Virus record (IMG/VR): IMGVR_UViG_3300022745_000022
Span: 1 to 20,343 of that record
DNA: 20,343 nucleotides
Reading direction: 5' to 3' (one strand)
Origin: a virus
A model generated the notes under the pieces. That model was not told the origin of the DNA. It made no database searches and worked only from the letters and a program-made list of their open reading frames with translations. Shown piece by piece: positions 1-7,691 of this stretch. The stretch's first letter is position 1. Every line of letters starts with the position of its first letter. The translations under genes were made by a program, and so were the position numbers.

Positions 1-179
1 ATGGACAACTCCCTGTTGCGGCAATAGCCGAACCATGAGTAGGCGATATCCATGAGGTTCTTGAAGTTCTCCCGGCCGATCGGTGAGTTCTGAAGGTTCT
101 TTAGCGCGATACGGTTGAGCATGCTATACACAAGAACGAGCTTCACATCGTTGTGGAAATTCTCATCTCTCTGGAGCAT
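1..179 (-). CDS. Hypothetical protein, runs off the left edge (MLQRDENFHNDVKLVLVYSM...)
   Basis: Translated by hand: open from ATG at 179 to the window edge; the start overlaps the 3' end of the upstream gene; A/C-rich leader. Confidence 0.65.
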   Translation of the reverse strand, partial: MLQRDENFHNDVKLVLVYSMLNRIALKNLQNSPIGRENFKNLMDIAYSWFGYCRNRELS

Positions 180-597
180 GGGTTTGGTTTTGTTTACGGG
201 TGATGAATCGTGAGGCACTCGGCGTGTCGTAGTAGACACGCCAATAGCGGAATAGTGTGGTCATAAGGGCCATGTAGTGCTGGACAGGGGGGAAATCCGT
301 ATCCAGCATTCCATCGACGGCATGTACGGAATTGATGACCGTGGTGTGGTCACGATCACCCATGAGCGTTCCTATGAACTTCAGGGTGGCCGGGGTGTAC
401 CTGCGCAGGAAGAATCCCACCACGTGTCTCGCGTAGATCACATCCTTCTTCCTGGTCTTGCCGAACAGCTGTTTCCTGGTCACGCCGTCACTGTACTCCA
501 GGACCTTGTCCAGTATGTACTCTATCAGCTCGTACGAACTGCGAGCCTGTATTGGACAGGTGAAGGGGAACATGATGGGGTAATCAGGACATATCAT
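163..597 (-). CDS. DnaA C-terminal (domain IV) helix-turn-helix-like DNA-binding protein, 144 aa
   Basis: RKKDVIYARHVVGFFLRRYTPATLKFIGTLMGDRDHTTVINSV matches the DnaA domain IV signature (R..ARQ.AMYL.R.LT..SL..IG..FG.RDHTTV). Start placed at 597, where ATGA overlaps the polymerase stop. No AAA+ domain. Confidence 0.85.
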   Translation of the reverse strand: MICPDYPIMFPFTCPIQARSSYELIEYILDKVLEYSDGVTRKQLFGKTRKKDVIYARHVVGFFLRRYTPATLKFIGTLMGDRDHTTVINSVHAVDGMLDTDFPPVQHYMALMTTLFRYWRVYYDTPSASRFITRKQNQTHAPER

Positions 598-1142
598 TTT
601 GTCCATACAGGTGTGATGTTGGTTTCTGCACCCAGGGAACCATCCTTGATGACGAACTTGGCGGCTTCCAGCATGCAGGCATGCTGCAGTGTCTTCCATT
701 GTTCGGCATGGGATTGTTCCACGCGTGCGGTGATCTGGTCATGTACCTGCATGACAAGCTTGACGTACGGCTCCAGCTCTCCACCATGGATGGTCTCGAA
801 CATCAGCCATACGGCAAGCTTGGTCATGTCGGCCGAAGAGCCCTGCACGGGCATGTTTTTGCTGGCCCGTTCTATGGAACCCAATGTGGGATTGTACTGG
901 CTACCGGTGAGGTGGCTCTGTATGTCCGCTCTGGCGAACTTCCAATAAGGAAACCAGCGTTTCCGGTGAAATGGTGCGAGGGTCTGGATGAATCCGAAGC
1001 GCACACCAAAGGATCCGAGGAACCTCAGCATCTTACCGATGCCGGGAAACTTCCTGAAATACTCGTCGATGAGTGCCTGGGCCTCGTTCGGAGTAATGCT
1101 CAAGGTGGCAGCAAGCTTGTACTTGCTCATCCCATATGCCAA
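594..1142 (-). CDS. polA: DNA polymerase family A, exon 2 (end of motif B to C-terminus)
   Basis: Begins TTG GCA TAT GGG ATG (LAYGM), completing motif B. Contains ERASKNMPVQGSSADMTK and motif C VMQVHDQI. Confidence 0.95.
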   Translation of the reverse strand: MAYGMSKYKLAATLSITPNEAQALIDEYFRKFPGIGKMLRFLGSFGVRFGFIQTLAPFHRKRWFPYWKFARADIQSHLTGSQYNPTLGSIERASKNMPVQGSSADMTKLAVWLMFETIHGGELEPYVKLVMQVHDQITARVEQSHAEQWKTLQHACMLEAAKFVIKDGSLGAETNITPVWTK

Positions 1143-1714
1143 CTATGGGGAATCCCTGATTTCTCAGGGCTTGGACTGTCCCTTTGTGTATTTTCCTTTA
1201 TCGTCTCTAACGCAGTGATGTTCCTGATGACACCGTTTGCACAGTGGTTCCAGATTATCAACTGCATTATTCGTACGATCGTGATCCTTGTGATGGATCA
1301 AAGTAGCTCTCACACCACATCTATTGCATATTCGACCGTGAGTTTCAAATCCCAGTTTGGTGTAGTTGCCCACTCCAGTTTTGTACATGTGATTCGAAGT
1401 CCCTAGTTGTGCGCCGCCGGAACCTACATTGGGATATTTGATCCGGCCGGTCTTGTGAGCGTGACGAAGTGCAATGAATGCACTGCGACATCTTGCACTA
1501 CAATAGATAGCATTGCGATACTTACCTGGTGGGATGTCCCCACCACATTTAATACACACCTTCCGTCCAGTCTCTACACACGCCTCCGTGGACATCTCCA
1601 CGGTGCTTGGCTCGGGATTGCCTCCAACATTACTTGCTGAGGTTTCCCCGACTTTGAAAGGTTTTACTTCGGCTTGGCTATTCTGAGTGTTCATACTCAA
1701 AGATATTGTTTTTA
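1143..1714 (-). mobile_element. Group I self-splicing intron (572 nt) in the DNA polymerase gene
   Basis: Exon 1 ends in U (TTCGGT) and the intron ends in G (CCCCATAG); removal restores KTINFG-LAYGM in frame. Pairings seen: P1 ACTTCGGT/GCCGAAGT with a U.G pair; P10 GCCAA/TTGGC; P3 ACCTTTC/GGAAGGT; P4 TCGGG/CCCGA; Q-like GGCAATCCCGAGCCAAGC; P6a CCGTGGA/TCCACGG; P7 GACTG/CAGTC; P8 TGTGTATT/AATACACA; P9 CCCTGA-GAAA-TCAGGG. Confidence 0.95.
1164..1694 (-). CDS. Intron-encoded HNH homing endonuclease with N-terminal Cys4 zinc finger
   Basis: CIKC...YCSARC zinc finger, then CNRC...HHKDHDRTNNAVDNLEPLCKRCHQEHH (HNH core). The functional domains sit in the P8 loop. Start uncertain: TTG 1700, ATG 1694 or a later ATG/GTG. 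Confidence 0.9.
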   Translation of the reverse strand: MNTQNSQAEVKPFKVGETSASNVGGNPEPSTVEMSTEACVETGRKVCIKCGGDIPPGKYRNAIYCSARCRSAFIALRHAHKTGRIKYPNVGSGGAQLGTSNHMYKTGVGNYTKLGFETHGRICNRCGVRATLIHHKDHDRTNNAVDNLEPLCKRCHQEHHCVRDDKGKYTKGQSKP

Positions 1715-3343
1715 ACCGAAGTTGATGGTCTTCACCGCTGTTCTCAAGCGCTTGTGTTTCTTACAATTGCACTTGGCTCCGTTGTGCGCATAGTACGCAC
1801 AATCCGGATTAGCAGCTTTCTTCCAGTCATCCTTGTACACCACCTCAGCGCACACACTGTGCAGGTCTTTTCCGTTTTTCAGGGCATCGAGCCAGACAGG
1901 GTCCTGGCTCATGTACGCGATCACCACCAGCTCTTGGGAAGCATAGTCACTATCCACATATACCCACCCTGGCTCCGCGACGAATGCGTTCCGGTAACGA
2001 TTACCCACAGATTCCTTGGAGGGAATATTCTGCATGTTGGGACCGTAGGAACTCAGGCGTCCGGTACTGACGATGGGATTGAAGTTGGTGCGTATGCAGC
2101 CGTCGGTCTCCACATGTTTCTCGATGAAGGTGGTGCCGTAGGTGGTGATGAGCTTCTTGGCGTCCTTGTACTCTTTGAGAGCGATGCCGATAGGGAATGG
2201 GAACTTGGCCATGGCTTCCTTGTCCAGGCTGGTCAGGCTGGGCTGCAGGACCTGGAACAAGGCGAGGACCTGTGGCTGGGAAGACCAATTGATCGTGAAC
2301 TTCCCAGCGGGTACCATCAGGTTATTCTCCACCAGGAAATCCCGGTGATGCTTCTGCAGGTAGTCCAGGAATTCTCCCTCCTCACCGGCCTCCAGACACT
2401 GCAAGGCATAGCGCTTCAGTGGATCTTCGATGACGGTGATCCTGAGGTAGCGCTTGATGATGGCCTTGGTGGCGCCCGGCATGTCCGGGAACAGCATGGA
2501 GAGTATGGCGACCTTGTGGGCGCGGGAATTGAGGTTCACGACGAGCCTATCCTCATCGGAGTATAGGCCCATGTCCTTGGCCTTGTGGATCAGTGCAGGG
2601 TTCTGGTGCATGCAAAGCTCCAGGTCCACTTCTGCGTGCTGTACCACCGGCCAGGCCAGTTCCTCGTTCTCCAGCCACTTCTGTTTGTCCAGTGGCATAC
2701 CGTGGAAGGTCATCTCCGCCAGGCCCGGGAGGCAAGCCATGTCTAATGCGCAGGTATATACAAGTTGCTCGCCATACAGGCGGAGCATCTGCATATCCCT
2801 GAGCTTGAACAGGTGCCTTACGTCCTCAGCCGCATACTCGACCTTCTCCGGGGTGATGATATCATCGCCAAAGGAAGTCTGCTGTTCCTTGGAGATGGTC
2901 AGGCATATGTAGCGCTCCAGCAGGGACTTCAGGGAATAGAAGCCGAACTGTGTGTTGTCCGCATCTTCATCATCCTCCGTATCCCTGGCCAGCTTGCCAC
3001 AGTTGAGTTCCATCTCGGCAACCATGGTGCAATACACATTGCGCATCACGATGCCGGCAAAGCGCAGGACCACCAGGTCAAAGTATGCGTTGTGCAGTAC
3101 CTTGGTCCGGTAGTCCCTGAGGATGCTGTGGATCTCCTCCCGCTGTCCTCCCGTGAGGAAGGACCACTGGAGCAGCCATTCATCACGGCCATTGCCGAAC
3201 TGGATGAGGATAAGCTTGCGCTCGCACCACATGTGATGCACATTGGTCTCCGTATCCACCATGAATTCCCCCTGTTTAGTAGCCCACTGAAGGAACTGCT
3301 CAAAGGTGCAGTCGCACACCTGGCGGGAATACGTGTGGATCAT
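1715..3343 (-). CDS. polA: DNA polymerase family A, exon 1 (3'-5' exonuclease and polymerase up to motif B); spliced product 725 aa
   Basis: ExoI VDTET, ExoII HNAYFDL, ExoIII YAAEDV; STGRLSSYGPNMQNIP; motif A DSDYASQELVVIA; DLHS; motif B start RTAVKTINFG (Phe at the E. coli F762-equivalent position). No 5'-3' exonuclease domain, as in phage PolA. Confidence 0.96.
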
Positions 3344-3528
3344 TTGGTTGTGTTTTCGTAGTCACAGATATCTTGGGCGTCTTGCTTTTCAGCCAGTCCC
3401 GTCTCCAGGATCTCCTTGCGCCCATTCCACTTGTGGTATCGATACACACCCCAACCTTCTTGGTAGGGCCAGATGGTCCTGGCAGGCAGCCACTTGGACC
3501 ATAGTAACCTTTGCAGGAACTTTCTCAT
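3340..3528 (-). CDS. Hypothetical protein, 62 aa
   Basis: ATGA overlaps at both ends within the tightly packed operon. Confidence 0.7.
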   Translation of the reverse strand: MRKFLQRLLWSKWLPARTIWPYQEGWGVYRYHKWNGRKEILETGLAEKQDAQDICDYENTTK

Positions 3529-3935
3529 ACTTCTTCTTTGTAGCGCAGGTCCACGTCCTCCATGTCGCCATGGAAGTCGATGTCACTGCGCAGGTAAACG
3601 TGAAAGCCGAACTCATCGATCACATCGCTGCGTTCGTGCTGTACCCGTTTCCAGGCGGCCACGTCGGCGATGGTCTTGAGTTTGGCCATGATGATCTCTG
3701 TCTCGTACTGTGTGATGAAGGGTTCATGGCTCAGGGTATTCACGATACGGGCCTTTGGGTATTGTGCGAGAAGTTCCCGCAGTTCTCCCAAAGGCCCGAT
3801 CAGCTTATACTTTACGGTACGCTTCAGTGTGTACATCCGCAGGAACGGGTTGTAATCAAAGAAGGTACCGGAGCGCGGCTCGTTGATGTAGTGGATGAGC
3901 ACCTCATCATTGGGGAGTGGCTCCAGTTTCAGCAT
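3525..3935 (-). CDS. Hypothetical protein, 136 aa
   Basis: Fills the operon slot between ung and the next gene, with overlapping stop/start. Confidence 0.75.
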   Translation of the reverse strand: MLKLEPLPNDEVLIHYINEPRSGTFFDYNPFLRMYTLKRTVKYKLIGPLGELRELLAQYPKARIVNTLSHEPFITQYETEIIMAKLKTIADVAAWKRVQHERSDVIDEFGFHVYLRSDIDFHGDMEDVDLRYKEEV

Positions 3936-4629
3936 TGTCTACCCATTTTATAGGTTCATGACCGTTCTCGGTGAGCCACTCGTTCACACGAATGAATTGC
4001 CTGCCACCGGTGAAACGCATCTTGCCCCCGGAGTAATTCTCATACTGCGGATGACAGGAGCGTATGACATTGCAACTGAAGCTCTGTACGATAGGAGTTG
4101 CTGTGTCATCGGCCTGCTTTCCCCATAGCATGAAGGTTACCGGGCGTCCCGAGAGCTGCCCCTTGATGGCTACTGTCTCCATGATCTTCTGGGTGAGTTG
4201 CTGCCATCCCCAATCCCGGTGGGCATTGGCCATACGGTAGGTGGTGGTCAGTACGCTGTTCAGCATGAGTACGCCTTGCTTGGCCCAGTCTGTGAGGTTG
4301 GGATTGGTGCGCACCCCGTATCCGCTCAACTCGAGCTCCTTGAAGATGACACGAAGGGACGGTGGTATGCTGGGAAGCTGACTGCTGAAGGACAGGCCAT
4401 GGGCTTCATTGCCCGGGTATGGGTCCTGGCCAAGGATCACGATCTTGGTGTGGCTGGGCTGACAAAGCCTGAGGGCCGTGAAGATGTCCTTCTTGGCCGG
4501 CCTCAGTTTATCGCCCTGCTGGTCCACCCGTGCCGCGATCTTGGCCATCCAGTCTGACCGGAAGTGGGGAAGCAGGACATCAGCCCATTCCTCTCCCACA
4601 TTGTCGGCCAGGGTCATTTCTTTTTCCAT
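3907..4629 (-). CDS. ung: Uracil-DNA glycosylase, family 1
   Basis: KIVILGQDPY water-activating loop, AHGLSFSS, IPPSLRVIFKEL, WAKQGVLMLNSVLT, FMLWG and catalytic HP. True start may be ATG 4617 (ATGA overlap). Confidence 0.95.
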   Translation of the reverse strand: MEKEMTLADNVGEEWADVLLPHFRSDWMAKIAARVDQQGDKLRPAKKDIFTALRLCQPSHTKIVILGQDPYPGNEAHGLSFSSQLPSIPPSLRVIFKELELSGYGVRTNPNLTDWAKQGVLMLNSVLTTTYRMANAHRDWGWQQLTQKIMETVAIKGQLSGRPVTFMLWGKQADDTATPIVQSFSCNVIRSCHPQYENYSGGKMRFTGGRQFIRVNEWLTENGHEPIKWVDNAETGATPQ

Positions 4630-4784
4630 AGCTGGTTGCGGTGGTTTATCTGCACGGTCTTGCCGGTGGGGCGTGTGGTCACCAGCTCCTGCTCTCGGCC
4701 GGCGATCTTGATCTTGGTGACCACTTTCTCCATGACAGGCGCACGCTGTGTAAACTGTTTCTTTCTGGTTCTCGACTTGGGCAT
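4614..4784 (-). CDS. Small basic hypothetical protein, 56 aa (MPKSRTRKKQFTQ...LWKKK), not in the ORF track
   Basis: Translated by hand; exactly fills the gap between neighbours and its TGA overlaps an in-frame ung ATG. Confidence 0.7.
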   Translation of the reverse strand: MPKSRTRKKQFTQRAPVMEKVVTKIKIAGREQELVTTRPTGKTVQINHRNQLWKKK

Positions 4785-4786
4785 GG

Positions 4787-5203
4787 TCAATTGTTTTGGA
4801 TTCTTCGGATGAATTGTTCCTCGGTTTCCGGAGTACCGAGGTTCAGGTATGAGCAGCGCCGGCGGTACTCCTCTGCATACATGCGCATCGTGTGATCCAT
4901 CACCAAGTCGATGCTCATGAGCATGAAATAGAACTTGTCGATGAGTTCCTCCTCCGGGAATATCGCATCGATGAACTCCACCATCTGCTCCTTGACCTCC
5001 GGCGTGAATACACGTACGAAGTAGGTTGAGGTGAGGTCCTGTGGCGTCTTGGCATACGGGTAGGTGTCGATCAGGTCCATGAGGGTAGGCTCCAGCTTGT
5101 TGAGCAGGGCCAGCATCATCACGTTCTGATTGGGCAGTGGCATCCGGATGAACCAGGAGCGTGTGCTGTTCGGGTCGTCGTACAGGACATCTTTAAGAAG
5201 CAT
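4787..5203 (-). CDS. Hypothetical protein, 138 aa
   Basis: Operon-consistent ORF overlapping the upstream gene's stop. Confidence 0.75.
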   Translation of the reverse strand: MLLKDVLYDDPNSTRSWFIRMPLPNQNVMMLALLNKLEPTLMDLIDTYPYAKTPQDLTSTYFVRVFTPEVKEQMVEFIDAIFPEEELIDKFYFMLMSIDLVMDHTMRMYAEEYRRRCSYLNLGTPETEEQFIRRIQNN

Positions 5204-5660
5204 CGGGAGGGAGTATTAGTTTGGATTTGCGTTTACCCGGGTTGTGCATCTCGTATTCGATGCGGCCAGCGCGTTGCTGGGCACAGCGGACCGTGTAGTC
5301 ACTCAGGGACTGGGCGTGTGCAGTGACCACCGTGAAGCAGATCACTGCCTTGTACAGCAGGGCTTCGATACTCCCATTCTGCTCGATGAGCTTGTCGACA
5401 ACGGCAGCCACAACCTTCGTGTAGCCCACTGGCAGACCTTCAATCTCCAGCTCGGAGAGTTGTTCCAGGGTCGTGCAGTTGTTTAGCCTGGTGAGGATCT
5501 TCAGTTCCTCCACATACTCCTTGAGCAGGGGCTCCGTCTCAGTGGTCACCTTTCCGCAGTCATTGACGAACTGTTCTTCAGTGGCATACTGAGCAGGGGC
5601 AACGGGAAGGCTTGTCGTGGGGCTAGTCCCGATCGGATTGAGATATTGTTCAAGGTTCAT
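5193..5660 (-). CDS. Hypothetical protein, 155 aa
   Basis: Operon-consistent ORF with short overlaps at both ends. Confidence 0.75.
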   Translation of the reverse strand: MNLEQYLNPIGTSPTTSLPVAPAQYATEEQFVNDCGKVTTETEPLLKEYVEELKILTRLNNCTTLEQLSELEIEGLPVGYTKVVAAVVDKLIEQNGSIEALLYKAVICFTVVTAHAQSLSDYTVRCAQQRAGRIEYEMHNPGKRKSKLILPPDAS

Positions 5661-5880
5661 AAGATTCTCCTCTTGCTACGACCACGTAGCGGGTTTTGTT
5701 GATAATGATGATTCGTTTCTTGGTGATCATGTGAGGAAGTAAGTCCTCTTCACGAAATGGAGGATTGCCCTCCATTACCCGTTCAGGAGGACCATTGAGG
5801 TATGAGGGTATCCCACCTTCCATGTAGGATATATGATCCCCTGTTCCTTCGTTGGCGATAATTATCCAGGCTTTCTTCAT
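5650..5880 (-). CDS. Hypothetical protein, 76 aa
   Basis: ATG after an A/C-rich leader; overlaps the next gene. Confidence 0.7.
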   Translation of the reverse strand: MKKAWIIIANEGTGDHISYMEGGIPSYLNGPPERVMEGNPPFREEDLLPHMITKKRIIIINKTRYVVVARGESYEP

Positions 5881-5905
5881 GCGGGATGTGAATTTAAGGC
5901 ATTCT

Positions 5906-6070
5906 TCAATGCCTTGGTTTGAAAAAGTAGTAGGTGTACCAGGATCTTTTCCTGTCGTCCCATCGCTGGTTCTTTGTACACCACTGACAGTGCCTCAGGG
6001 ACTTCTGCCCGAAGGTGGCGTTCAGGTACACCCACTTGTGGATGCCCAGGAAACAAAGGAGTTTTCGCAT
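5906..6070 (-). CDS. Small phage protein with C-x3-H-K-W...C-x2-C motif (DUF1660-like), 54 aa
   Basis: MRKLLCFLGIHKW...RHCQWC resembles the recalled 'CxLFGHKW' phage family; start moved to ATG 6070. Confidence 0.65.
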   Translation of the reverse strand: MRKLLCFLGIHKWVYLNATFGQKSLRHCQWCTKNQRWDDRKRSWYTYYFFKPRH

Positions 6071-6200
6071 GTGCGTGATTTTGGGTGTGGAATTACTCCC
6101 GTCGCCCCAACCCTGTGTAAGTAACAGGGAAGGGGCATCGGGGAGCATGCGCGGGCTTTCGCCAGGCGCTATCTATCGTGGATGGGTTCTCAGGAAATTG

Positions 6201-6208
6201 TATATTTG
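6201..6208 (+). promoter_or_regulatory. Bacteroidota sigma-70-type -7 element (TATATTTG)
   Basis: Exact TAnnTTTG match 14 nt before the ATG of the lone plus-strand gene; no clear -33 TTTG. Confidence 0.6.
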
Positions 6209-6222
6209 GTTAAATAATCGGT

Positions 6223-6612
6223 ATGGAACTCAAGCTTCCCACTGGCTACACGCCACAGACGGCATACACAATGCTGCATCGGTTACTGCTCCTGACACGA
6301 CTGAGTCATGTGAAGACCAAACCGATCTTTGCAAAGCATATCGCCTTTGAACGGGCTTATGATGGGGTGGCGGACCTCATTGACTCCATCACCGAACAGC
6401 TCATCGGCTACAGCGGAGTGGATCCCATGGATCTGGTCATCGGTACGGTGAGTACGATGGATGTTGCTGAACTGGGTGACCACATCATCCAGGAGGCCGA
6501 CAAACTTGTGCAATTCGCCGAAGCCTCCCGGTGGCATAATGTGGCCAATCAGTCACAGGAGCTGAGTGGTATAGGGGCTACCCTGAAATTTCTATCGCGT
6601 TATACGACTTGA
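6223..6612 (+). CDS. Ferritin-like / Dps-related four-helix bundle protein (DUF5856-like)
   Basis: LSHVKTKPIFAKHIAFERAYDGVADLIDSITEQLIG has the Dps-type H...H...Y...D...E ferroxidase spacing; has its own promoter. Confidence 0.75.
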   Translation: MELKLPTGYTPQTAYTMLHRLLLLTRLSHVKTKPIFAKHIAFERAYDGVADLIDSITEQLIGYSGVDPMDLVIGTVSTMDVAELGDHIIQEADKLVQFAEASRWHNVANQSQELSGIGATLKFLSRYTT

Positions 6613-6862
6613 ACTCCTGGGCAGTGAGTTTGCGGAAGAACTGGTTGAACAGTCCGATCCCACAAGTCTCGTAGTACGGCTCTTCGCCGGGTACTTGTGG
6701 GTGATAGACTCTGTAGTACGCCCTGTCCGGGGGTAATACTCTGCTTCTAAGCTGATACCGGTACAGCATGCCTTCGTCGTATCCTTCCATCCCACCATGC
6801 CCCATTGGGCTCGCGTCGCATATGCACCATCCGGTTTCCCGGACGTAGTATTGCTCAGACAT
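6578..6862 (-). CDS. Hypothetical protein, 94 aa (MSEQYYVRETGWCIC...)
   Basis: Start moved to ATG 6862 because the longer ORF crosses a terminator hairpin; converges on and overlaps the Dps-like gene. Confidence 0.7.
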   Translation of the reverse strand: MSEQYYVRETGWCICDASPMGHGGMEGYDEGMLYRYQLRSRVLPPDRAYYRVYHPQVPGEEPYYETCGIGLFNQFFRKLTAQEFKSYNAIEISG

Positions 6863-6884
6863 GGCTAATGTTTTAGTTGTGAAT

Positions 6885-6915
6885 AAAAAGCCCTGACACC
6901 TTTCAGTGCCAGGGC
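6885..6915 (-). terminator. Intrinsic terminator-like hairpin
   Basis: GCCCTGGCAC-TGAAAG-GTGTCAGGGC followed by TTTTTATT. Confidence 0.75.
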
Positions 6916-7037
6916 AAACCAAACCCGATAAAGGCCCGGGTTACCGTGGATGCTTAACCCTCCCGGGCCTACCCGTCATTAACGTGTCGGGGCTATCACG
7001 ATCGCAGGCAAAGCCTACAATACTTTACTCATTCGTT

Positions 7038-7691
7038 CTATGACCGCTTTGACTGATCAAGTTCGTGCTTCAAAAGTTCCTGGTTCAACCTCTCCACCTC
7101 AGATTTAAGGGTGGCGTTTTCGACTTGTAGGTGGTTCATTTTACCATAGTATTCCCACTTTTTATCGCAGTCCTTTTCAGCAAACAGTTTTATTTCAGCT
7201 ATCTCTGCATCATTCGCGGTGAGTTGGGCTTTAAGTCTTTCGATTTCCTTTGCGTATAATTCTGCTATTCCTTTAGCAGCTGCATCCTTTGCCTCCAACA
7301 ACGGCTCGTAGTGTTGCGCGGCAAGGTCGCGGATTTTTAACCCAAAGTCAGCAGAGTGAAAAACATCAGTTTTGTCCCATAGTTCTCCTACTTTTGCATC
7401 CGTCATCCACGGCTCGGGGGTGTTAGGTGTGGTCACTTTTTCGGTTGTGTACTTATTAAATTCTTCGTCCGTCATGATGCTCTTAAAATGGTTATCCATC
7501 CTAATGTTTTCAGTAAGCAATTCCGGCCTAGTTGTGCGCTTTTCAACCGGGGTACAATCAACGCAATGGTCTACCAGTTCAACGTGATTTGGTGAGTGAC
7601 ATTCGCATTTGATGTTGTAGTGGAAATAGGTTCTTTGAAGTTGGCCAACCTTTCCACAGATTTGGCATTTACCTGACATTATTTCGCCCAT
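7038..7691 (-). CDS. Hypothetical protein with N-terminal Cys/His zinc-binding module and C-terminal coiled coil
   Basis: CQIC...CECH...HCVDC at the N-terminus; heptad-rich EIERLKAQL...LKSEVERLNQEL at the C-terminus. Confidence 0.75.
   Translation of the reverse strand: MGEIMSGKCQICGKVGQLQRTYFHYNIKCECHSPNHVELVDHCVDCTPVEKRTTRPELLTENIRMDNHFKSIMTDEEFNKYTTEKVTTPNTPEPWMTDAKVGELWDKTDVFHSADFGLKIRDLAAQHYEPLLEAKDAAAKGIAELYAKEIERLKAQLTANDAEIAEIKLFAEKDCDKKWEYYGKMNHLQVENATLKSEVERLNQELLKHELDQSKRS

Noticed and set aside
594-3343. Polymerase as a pseudogene, two separate genes, or intein-containing
   Set aside because: An in-frame TAA follows exon 1, there are no intein terminal residues, and a complete group I core with precise in-frame junctions explains the split.
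277-3953. Long plus-strand ORFs (277-948, 681-1406, 1706-2566, 2765-3361, 3306-3953)
   Set aside because: Antisense shadows of well-supported minus-strand genes, with no recognisable motifs.
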